From: Hormiphora californensis
Taxonomy: Eukaryota; Animalia; Ctenophora
Reading direction: 5' to 3'
Assembly (NCBI GenBank): GCA_020137815.1
Contig: CM035352.1
Location: 9,114,001 to 9,178,000, forward strand
Length of the DNA stretch: 64,000 nt
Shown here: positions 12,419-23,100 of the stretch, piece by piece
How the letters are laid out: each line of letters begins with the position of its first letter
Numbering within the stretch: position 1 is the stretch's first letter
Position numbers and translations under genes: made by a program
The notes under the pieces: model-generated
Databases searched by the model: none
The model's input: the letters and a program-made list of their open reading frames with translations, nothing else
What the model was told of the DNA's origin: nothing

Positions 12419-15400
12419 GCATACGATGGTGTGGTATGACTTTTGGTGAAAGTGAAGTGTCTTGTCCAAGTTGAAATCCGGGTTCCTTATGTACTGCGGA
12501 AGGGGTCTTGTTAGCCAATAGGAGGGCACCGGGTGGCGCGCTCTCATTGGTTCCTTCAGCATCCAATCAGAGAACAGGAAACAGGAAATCGGATAGTTAT
12601 TTGTCACAAACTATCCCGAAATTGTCCGAAACTATCCGATTTCCTGTTTCCTGTTCTCTGATTGGATGCTGAAGGAACCAATGAGAGCGCGCCACCCGGT
12701 GCCCTCCTATTGGCTAACAAGACCCCTTCCGCAGTACATAAGGAACCCGGATTTCAACTTGGACAAGACACTTCACTTTCACCAAAAGTCATACCACACC
12801 ATCGTATGCCCGTTTGAGCTCTTAATCCCCCTCCGCTGGCTTGGTTAGGGCTATGTCAACAAGCCATTGGGAGGAGGGAACGGTCCCTAACCGATTCTGC
12901 ATTTTCATGCACAGAAAGAAATCACTGTCACACCTCACCTTCTGTAGGCTACCTGCACCCCCGTGCTTGAGTCCCGTGTCGGAGAAAGTGTAATATACAC
13001 AACCCCCTTGATGATTATTAAGCCCGGCGGCCCCCGTGGACTCTCAGGGGTAGCCTAATTGGACTCCCTTGTTCTGGAATAGATTGTTCAAGCCTACCTG
13101 GATCTAAGCCCTGGCTCTGGAGCCTGTGGATGTAGGCTCTACAGTTGGAGCTGTGTGACCAGAACTTGATGTGATGCTTTGAAAATGACTGACTTCTAAT
13201 TGGGAACCCCCGCAAAGTTATTTGTCACAAACTATCCCGAAATTGTCCGAAACTATCCGATTTCCTGTTTCCTGTTCTCTGATTGGATGCTGAAGGAACC
13301 AATGAGAGCGCGCCACCCGGTGCCCTCCTATTGGCTAACAAGACCCCTTCCGCAGTACATAAGGAACCCGGATTTCAACTTGGACAAGACACTTCACTTT
13401 CACCAAAAGTCATACCACACCATCGTATGCCCGTTTGAGCTCTTAATCCCCCTCCGCTGGCTTGGTTAGGGCTATGTCAACAAGCCATTGGGAGGAGGGA
13501 ACGGTCCCTAACCGATTCTGCATTTTCATGCACAGAAAGAAATCACTGTCACACCTCACCTTCTGTAGGCTACCTGCACCCCCGTGCTTGAGTCCCGTGT
13601 CGGAGAAAGTGTAATATACACAACCCCCTTGATGCATATTAGTTTTAGTTATACTATTCATATACTAACCAACAGTTGCAGAGTATGCGATATAATTCGA
13701 GGTAGATCGGGGGAATGGGAACTCCAGGTAGTTTAAGGTCCGAGTTGTCCAAGCCGCACCTAGAGAGGGTTACATTCCAGTAATTGCCGTTATCTAATAT
13801 ATTGCAGATGTGAAGTTGTACTTACGGCCTTGTACTATCAGCAGTCCCAAGATAACAGGTAATAATATCATTGTCAACGCTAATAATAATAATAATATTA
13901 GTAGCCCTAGTAACAGGGAAGATTAGTAACCCTAGTAACACGGAGCATTAGAGCATTGTCAACGCTAAGATATTAGGAAATTAGTGTTTGTCTTTTAATC
14001 GCTAATTGCTGTACGCTCGAATGGTTCGCGAAGCTTGTATGCTCGGCTAAAGAACCGACTAAAAACTGAAATTTAGAATTTTTGTGGTGCGTGCTACACG
14101 TTAACATGTGATAAACACGCAAAACAATTCCGCACACGACTTTGGGGGGTGAATAGTCTTTAAAAAAGAGTATAAACTATTATAGTAAAGTTAGCTCATA
14201 CATAGAGGCAAAAGCTTTAACTTTACTCAGCCGAGCTCGGATAGGACGCTGCTCTCTCTTTTTTACATGTCTAACACCGTGAATTTTGAAAAAAATGAGA
14301 GATCACAAAATTTAGGAGAATAAAAAGATCTATAATTCTAGAACACAACTAATTTATACATTCTAAAATCTCTATTGAATAGTAACAATTCTTAGAAAAT
14401 AAAGGCATGCTACAGAAGAAGGCTAATAGGAGAAGGCTTATAGAAGAAGGCTGCACTAATAGGTGCTCCTCATTGGCCTGTCAGCTAATAGGGGGGCACG
14501 TGCTGAGACTTAACTGGCCAGACCTATGTGAACCACATAGACGTGGTGCACTTAAACTATATAGTAGTGTGATGCAGTTACTATAGTAATGAAAGACACA
14601 CTTCTACAGAGTTACTAAAAAGAGTGAACATTATATATACCAGATGGACAGTAGATGGACAGTAGAATTCCCTTTGGAGCTATCCAGTACTCTGACAGCT
14701 GTCCCAATAGATGCGATCAATGAACCCTAAATTCAGTGTTCCGTAAACATGCCCTAACAACACCCTAACAACACCCTAACAACACCCTAACAACCGAAGA
14801 GCTAAGAACTGTTGGGGACTTGGGTTCAGAACATACTGTAAGGCAAAGAAGGGGAATTAGATTCATCCCATCGTTCTGACCTACAATTCAATATTCATCC
14901 CAAGTGCCAGGTCGAGGAGTTCAGAACACTATATATAGTAAATCTAGGATTCCCCAGTCAGTATACATTGACTCGGGAATCCTAGGTTTTTGTAATCTGT
15001 AATTAGTACTTCGTTATGTGGGCACTGTTAGGAATGGCCGACACTAACAATTTTTTGTTAGTGTTTTTTGTTAGTGACGTCACTAACAAAAAATTGTTAG
15101 TGTTTTCACTAACAAAAAACACTAACAAAAAAATTGTTAGTGTTTTCACTAACAAAAAACACTAACAAAAATTTGATTTAGTACCAAAAAAAAAATTGAT
15201 TTAGTACCATTATATCGTTGTCTATCTTGTTAATACTAACAAAAATTCATTTTCCATGTATCGTTACTGGAAAGACGAAGAAAACCTTCCCCGAATCGTG
15301 TCTCATGTCGCCTAACCATCCTAATAAGCTTCACCAATCACCGAATCATGTTCCATAACCCGTATCGTCTCACACTGCCAATAAGGCGTCCCTGAATCGT

Positions 15401-15467
15401 ATCTCATAACCATCACCCCAATTAGAAACACTAACAAAATTTTTGTTAGTGAAAATTGTTAGTGAAA

Positions 15468-15750
15468 ACAACAACAACAACAACAACAACAAAATGGATT
15501 TATATACCGACTAAATAGACAAGTACTCTCGATTGGTTCGAAGAGCAATTGCCATTCATAGCGGTTCTCTCATCCTATCTTGACATATTGGTTGACAAAA
15601 GGTCGTAAATGGTAACTCATACTGGTGACTTATAACTGACATATATAGTAGACTTTATTAACTCTCAACACTTGGTGACTGTGGGTGACAAGTATAATCA
15701 GAAAAAATAATAACAAAAATGATAAACTGAATAGTATCTTAGATTATAAC
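15468..15750 (-). mobile_element. 3' fragment of a non-LTR (L2-like) element
   Basis: On the minus strand it ends ...CGGTATATAAATCCATTTT(GTT)n and interrupts the MITE subterminal repeats. Similar to the tail near 25600. Confidence 0.5.
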
Positions 15751-15784
15751 AAATTTTGTTAGTGAAAATTGTTAGTGAAAACAC

Positions 15785-16678
15785 TTAAAGAGAAACAACG
15801 ATTTTGCAATTAAAGAGAAACAACGATTTTGCAGTACTAATATTCAATTAAGAACAGGAGCTTTCGACTGATCTATGTCAGACGTCTTCAGCTATAACAA
15901 CAATGAAAATGAAAGTGTTTATGTAGTGGAGAGGAGGATATGGGATCCGGGGAGGGGAGGAGAGAGGAAGGGATGAGATCCGAGAAGGAAGATGCGATCC
16001 GAGAGGAGGGGATGGGGGAGGTGATCCACGGGAAGGGAGAAGAGGTGATCCGAGCTGAAGAGAATTAGGAAACAGGTTTGGGAGATCTAGGTTTGATGAA
16101 GATGCCAGCAGGACGGGGTTTGAAAGAGTTAGCAATCCTGGGGAGAAGGTGAGTCCATTGGAGGTTGACAGTAGGGACTTTATCTGTTCGGTTAATCGCC
16201 GGTTGAAGAGTGTGAATAGCCGCTTGTTCCAGTAGATTTAGACTGAGGCAGGAGGAAGAAGAGGAGAGGATAGAGGTAGAATTCCAGTCCATGGTGTGTC
16301 CAGATTCCCGAGCGTGGATAGCAGGAGCAGATTTCATCTTCCCATCGGTGTTGTAGAGAGAGTTGTTGTAGAAGTTTGATTCGTGTTCCTTAATCCGGGT
16401 TTTCACTGGTCGCTTGGTCTGGCCAACGTAGAAAGATGGGCAGTCGCGGCAGGGAATGGAGTAGATGGAGTTGGGAGTACTATCAGAAGGAGGCGAAGAT
16501 TTGGTCTGGGTGAGGATGTTCCGTAGGGTAGAAGAGGAAGAGAAGGTGACGTCTATGTTGTAGCGGTTGAGGGTCCGTTTGAGTCGAGAGGAGAGGTCCG
16601 GGTGATAGGGTAGGACTACACGGTGGACGAAGGAAGAAGGAGGACGATTTTGCAGTACTAATATTCAATTAAGAACAG
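15785..16678 (-). mobile_element. Penelope-like element fragment: GIY-YIG endonuclease C-terminus plus pLTR
   Basis: Translates SIYSIPCRDCPSFYVGQTKRPVKTRIKEH...HARESGHTMDW...LLEQAAI...IN, the typical PLE GIY-YIG with CCHH motif. A 35-bp tail is duplicated at 16644-16678. Confidence 0.9.
15854..15895 (-). ncRNA. Minimal type I hammerhead ribozyme in the Penelope pLTR
   Basis: Minus strand reads ATAG-CTGAAGA-C-GTCTGA catagaTCAGTC-GAAA-GCTC^CTGT. Core is conserved, with stem II, a palindromic AGCT stem III and stem I ATAG/CTGT. Confidence 0.75.
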
Positions 16679-17193
16679 TTTTAAGAATAGTTTTGTTAGT
16701 GAAAACACTAACAAAATTATTGTTAGTGAAATTTGTTAGTGAAAACACTAACAAAAATTTTGTTAGTGAAATTTGTTAGTGAAAACACTAACAAAATTTT
16801 TGTTAGTGACGTCACTAACAAAAAACACTAACAAAAAAATTGTTAGTGTCGGCCATTCCTAACAGTGCCGTGTATCTTATTGTACATCTGACTGTGTTTG
16901 AATATGTCTGTGATTTGTATCAATGCTGCAGCTCTTGCTCCTTTTCTTCTTCTTCTTCTATGAGTGTCGGGTGTGAATTCATGTGATTTGGCGAGCCGGC
17001 GAGATCACTGTCACACAGCATTGACCTGACAGAGAGAGATCACTGACACAGCATTGACCTGACAGAGAGAGATCACGGGGAAAGAGAGGAAAGAGAAGGA
17101 TGGTGAGGATTGGATTGTCACAATGTTAATCAGGGTTTCCTGCTTCAATACTATGTGTGTGAGTCTACTGCCTGTGTGTGTCATTTTGTTATC

Positions 17194-20100
17194 ATGTTTT
17201 GCGGTATAGCCAGTACTAGCAATATCGGGAAATCATCATCTGCTTCAAACAGCTGTAAGTAGAACTACCAATTAGTCACTAACTATTAGTTAGCTATCAC
17301 TAACTATCAGTTACCAATACCTTGATCAGTTACCAATACTAGTACCTTGATCAGTTACCAATTAGAGATTAGTTACTAGTTACACAACTAACTGATTAGC
17401 AAATATAATCATTTCTCTGTGTTGATAATGTTCAGTATTGTAATCCCAGATGAGTCAGAGAGCTGTAGAGCCAGAATCAGTGTTGCCAGTTGGACCAGAC
17501 CTGAACTACCCCCACTCCTCCTACAGAAAACCTACACCCACATCATCGTCTCTGGCCAGGTATTATTATTATAGATCAGGTCTGAATGTTATACTTCTGC
17601 CTAGCGGTCCTGTCTAGTGGGCAGAGCTGTCCTGTCTATATAATCCAAATATATATAGGCTCTCTCTTCCGTTATAACGTAGAATTTGTTAGCTAACGTA
17701 TTTAAACTTTTGATTGAATCACACTTGATACTACACTATTGCAACTTTCCATTTAGCTCTTTACGACATATGATGAGACATTGAAGACGTTTCCCACCTC
17801 TCTGCTGGGCAATGAGCAACTGCGAAGAAAGTACTACAATCCAAAAAGAAACGCGTTCATATTTGTCAAGTAAGTGCAATAGTATTACTAATAGTATCAC
17901 TGCGCTGGCAAGCGCAAAGGTTGCCATTCCCCCTCCCCAAAAAAAGCGCCGCCAGAAACGCAGTTATACGTTTTATGGGTGTTTTGGCTGAAAACCCAGA
18001 TTTCAAAAGGTTATAGCGTGGCTCTCTTTCATCCGTTTGACTTGAAATTTGGAATGTATACCCGGCTTGGGGTCTTTGACTCAAGTTCAAAATTTGAAGT
18101 CTCTATCTCATCTGGAAACGAAGTTACAGACAGGTCCCATTTGCCCTAAATTCAGTGTAACAGGCATGCACGCGCGCGCGCGTACGCGCATAGGAGAGAC
18201 GCTTTTTATAAGTGAATGTGACTCCAAACGAAAAGAGATAGAGACTTCATCTTTTCACAGCTGGTAGATCTACTGGATGTGTGTGCATTAGTCGTAGTGG
18301 GGTCCGTTTTCATCGCCAGGAACGTCCTACAGAACGTCTTAAGATCGTCATTTTTCAGACTCTAACCAAATTTCTTTAGCTCAATTTACACCCTGAAAAC
18401 GGATTCTAATCGAAAAACGAAGACTATATCATGGAAAGAGAATTGTCTGAACTTTCAGAAACTATATCGCGAATTTTCAAAAATCGATGTATAAGGGTCT
18501 TAAAACGCGTCGGAAGTGTTATGACTGTTTAAAAACGGATATGACTTTATGGGTTTTTCGCTATAGCGGACTCAAATTTCATCCAATCGATCTCAAACTT
18601 GGTCAGTATCTTCATCTAGGTGGGCCCGATAATATGACGTCATAATTTTGACGTTACAACGTCTTGACGTCATTTTATGACGTCAAAATGACGTCAAAAA
18701 TGAAAATTTCTCAATTTCGCGATTCTAACCTCTCTGTACCTATTCTACTAAATCTACATGGATAAAAAATCCCCAAAATGATGCATATTATACCAAAACT
18801 AATTGAAATTAGTAGGCCGGAAAGGTTGTCTTAAGATTTGAGCTACCTTTGGCACCGGTACATTCCCTTTCGAAGATAAACGAAGCATCTGTACCCTGTC
18901 TATACCCCGTGAAAGTTACGGTGCCTAAGGTAGCTCAAATCTTAAAGGGCCTAAAAACCCAAATTTTATTTATTTATTTTGAACGTTCCATCGTAACAAG
19001 CATGCTATTGGAGTCCCAAAAACATAGGTACACGCCACATCGGCCCAAGGTGAGCCCAGGGGGAGCCCCTCAAGTTGGGGGCCCATTTGGGGTCCCCTTG
19101 TAAACGCGCTTGTACTCCTTGAAATGCTAACAATATGATCCTCTCTCAAATATAAAATTTAGGATAGAAACTATCCTTGTATTTTAGTAGATTTCATCAT
19201 CTTTCTCATCAATTATTATTTAAGCCTATCAAAACTAGGAGAAAAATTACCAGAATACAGAGACAAGAAAGATTATGTACTCACCTGAAACACAAGGCTA
19301 AATTTTACCCAAAACTTCAAATTTCAGGGAGGATCATATTGTTAGCATTTCAAGGAGTACAAGCGCGTTTATAAGGGCACCCGAACTGGCCCCAACTTGA
19401 GGGGCTCCCCCTGGGCTCACATTGGGTGGGTGGGGCGTGTACATATGTTTTTTGGGACTCCAATAGCATGCTTGTTACGATGTAGTGTTCAAAATAAATA
19501 AATAAAATTTGGGTTTTTAGGCCCTTTAAGGCAACCTTTCCGGCCTACTAATTTCAATTAGTTTTGGTATAATTACTAATACCACCTGGGGCTCTTCGAC
19601 GATACCACAGCTGAACAACAACTGAACAACAATGTACTGAAAAACAGTATTGAACGTGACATGAGCTTTGAGACAGTGCGAGATAGATACATAGTGATAG
19701 TAATGGCAATGAAAAAGAGAGCTAATGGCTAACTTGTACTATATAGAATTAGAATAAATGAAACAGGAAAAGAGCCAACATATCATGGCTGTGCCATCCT
19801 GCACAGTAGGGGGAAAACACAGACCATCCCCACGACTGCCAGACCAGCAAAGCTCCCGCGTGCCTATCCCGCCGCGAAATCGATTGATTTGCGACGAAGC
19901 ACACACACACACGGCAGCAGCACTGGTCTCTACACAGGCAGACGTTGGGAACATCGAGACCCACACACTAGAACGCGTTAACCAGCGCGTTAACTACTAT
20001 AATATAACATCAGGCACATCGGGAACGAACAATACCAAACTTCGGGAACACTTCCAAACAACTGGAGAACATGTTCTCCAGTCCAAACAGCTGGAGAACA

Positions 20101-23100
20101 GCTGGAGAGTCACATGACATAGAGCAGATGAACTAAAACACTTTAATTTCCTTTTTATTTCCCCCGTCAGTCGCTGTAGACGGAGTTTTGAGTCCATTCT
20201 GTATTTCTACCAATCTAGACAATCCAACTCAGATAGTCTACTGATACAGCCTCGGAACGTGGATCAAAACCAGTTCATGAAGGAGGTAACATTCTTCAGG
20301 TAGGATAACATGATGCATTGGTAACCATGGGGTAACCATGGGGTAACCATGGGGTAACCATGTGGTAACCAATAACCATGGGGTAACCATGGGGTAATCC
20401 CCTGGTTACTAACCACCTAGTAACCCCTGGTAACCCCTTCTTCAGACTGCCAATACACGATGCCCTGGGAGATGCACAGTTTGACGAAGGTGCAGAGGTT
20501 CAGGATCTTAGCTCCGTCCCAAGGGTAATAATTAGCAATAATTAGTAGCAATTAATGGTGGGCAATGATTACACTATAAACATTTTTGAGGGGGGGGGGG
20601 CTCTGCCTAGCTACAACCCCCCTACAACCCGGTTAGGACCAGTGGGACTACAGCACAAAAAACCACCTCGCCCTTTCAGAAACTGCAGAAGATGATTGAG
20701 TTGAAGAAGAAGTTACCACCCACCACAAACCCCTCACCCACCCCACACCCTCACCCGGCACCCACCCCAACCCTCACCCCATCCCACCCTCTTTCAGAAA
20801 CTGCAGAAGATGATTGAGTTGAAGAAGAAGTTACCACCCCCCACCCTCACCCCACCCCAACCCGCCCCCACCTCTTCACCACCCACCCTAACCCTCCACC
20901 CCACCCCACCCTCTTTCAGAAACTGCAGAAGATGATTGAGTTGAAGAAGAAGTTACCACCCCACCCCAACCCGCCCCCACCTCTTCACCACCCACCCTAA
21001 CCCTCCACCCCACCCCATCCTCTTTCAGAAGCTGCAGAAGATGATTGAGTTGAAGAAGAAGTTACCACCCCCCCCCTCACCCCACCCCAACCCGCCCCCA
21101 CCTCTTCACCACCCACCCTAACCCTCCACCCCACCCCCCCCCCTCCCTTTAGAAACTGCAGAAGATGATTGAGTTGAAGAAGAAGCTACCACCCCTCACC
21201 CACCCCAACCCACCCCCACCTCTTCACCACCCACCCTAACCCTCCACCCCACCCCCACCCCTCCCTTTAGAAGCTGCAGAAGATGATTGAGTTGAAGAAG
21301 AAGTTGCCCTTCAAATTGATCTCAATACTGGACAGTACGATGACAATGTGTTATGTGCTAATTCAACTTGGGAAGACCACTCCAGAGTTTCATTCATCGG
21401 ACAACTTTATCGTCGCAGTGGTAGGGCATTTAATATAGTAGTAGTAACTAAAGAGAGCAGTGTTGTAATAGCTAGAGAGAACCACACAACGTCATGAGAG
21501 TCTGCACAATGTTATTCAACAACACATCACCATCATAGTGAAGATCTCTGTTTTCAGCAACTCAAGATCACTGGTCATTCCAACCCCCCCCCCCCCCACA
21601 TTAGCATAAAAATGTAGATCCCCCTCCCCTCCCCAGATTCAACAACCAACTAATGAACAAAATTCACGCTTTACTAAGCAGCTAAGTATGAGACTCTTTT
21701 CTACCAATAGATGTATAACAGTCGTAACGCACAGTTTGCAGGTGCATGGTAACAAACCTTATTCACAGGTCCATCATGAAATCTAACTAACCAGTAACCT
21801 TATCTCTAGGTCCATGATGTTGTTATGTATGTGGAGATGGCCTGTGTAATCTGGTTTGTACTACTTTACACTGCCCGACTTGTCATCGCCAAAAACAAGA
21901 GAGATTACGTTTTGCAGTGAGTGGGGTCGGGTGGGATGGTGGGGGCTGAGGTGGGGTGGGTGGGGTGATGGTGGGTGGGGTGGGGTGGAGTGATGGGTGG
22001 GATGGTGGGTGGGGCGGTGGGTGGGGTGGTGGGGTGATGGTGGGTGGCCAACACCGGCCTCTGAGTGAGTGAGTGAGTGGGTGGTGGTTGTTCTGCAGTA
22101 AGTGTACTGTCAGAGCATTAGCCTGCAGCCCTATTCTCATTTTTTTCAAATGCTCTGCATGCGGAGTGCACTCGAACAATGGTCAGAGCATTGGTCTGAA
22201 AGTATGTCATGCAAAGAGAACTAAAAATGTAAATATGACACGAGATGTTGAATATAACCTGCCCCCTCTCTCCCCAAGGTTTATGAATGTGATTGAGGTG
22301 ATAGTGATAATATCCTATCTGACCAGACTAGTTCTGCACCACACCCTCCCTGATGGGGGCCGTGTAACTGCAGAGAGTGGCTACCTGATCCCAGTATCAG
22401 CCCTGATAACAGTTAATGGGTTCCTCAGACTCTTCAACATTGCCCGGTATTCAGAACTACTGTGCTGTTTGGGTAAGTTCTAACATGACGTAATTATTAG
22501 TAGAGCTAGAGTTCGTCTTAGAGAGTTCATTGTATGTTGCGTGTAATGGAAGTCTTCCATTCTTATTACACGTATTATAGTGGAAGAGTTCAAGTAAAAA
22601 CATTATACAAGACTGCTTGTGGTGACAATGGCCGGAGAGCAAGTTTGGTAATTACTATCACACACAGGTATAGCACTGAAAAGGTCCATGGCTGATTTGG
22701 CACAAGTTATATGGCTGATAATATTGATCACCTTTATCTTTGCAACAGTGGCCTACTTCTTGGAGGAAGATGTGGACACATTCGATAGCATCTTCGACGC
22801 ACTTTATTGGGGTGAATCTAATTAGATAAATTAATTAACATATATTTGAACAACATCTATTCTGGACTTATGATTTATGCACCTTTATCGATATCCCCCC
22901 TCTTTTTAAATAACTACTCATCTTCTTTTTATTCCCTATGCATGATAGGTACGATTACAATATCCTCCCCCTATAACAGGTACGATTACAATATATCCTC
23001 CCCTATAACAGGTACGATTACAATATCCTCCCCCTATAACAGGTACGATTACAATATCCTCCCCCTATAACAGGTACGATTACAATATCCTCCCCCTGCC

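Larger units (their letters stand above)
699..13634. mobile_element. Inverted (foldback) array of a 621-bp unit with 12-bp target-site duplication
   Basis: Ends are CATCAAGGGGG...CCCCCTTGATG. TSD CATATTAGTTTT at 687-698 and 13635-13646. Forward units start at 699, 2209 and 2830; reverse units lie at 12595-13013 (partial) and 13014-13634. Confidence 0.9.
15021..16869. mobile_element. MITE with 3-bp TSD (PIF/Harbinger-like) and CACTAACAAAA subterminal repeats, carrying nested inserts
   Basis: TIR GGCACTGTTAGGAATGGCCGACACTAAC at both ends, with GTG on both flanks. Confidence 0.85.

Noticed and set aside
14752-14793. Telomere-like CCCTAA repeats
   Set aside because: An 11-bp unit CCCTAACAACA in four copies, not a (TTAGGG)n tract.
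19758-20117. 119-aa ORF as the Kv N-terminus
   Set aside because: It lies within the intron splitting the T1 domain (17870-20170) and shows no homology.
20672-21306. CRISPR-like ~40-bp repeats with spacers
   Set aside because: The repeat is the Kv exon start and the spacers are homologous C-rich intron sequence.
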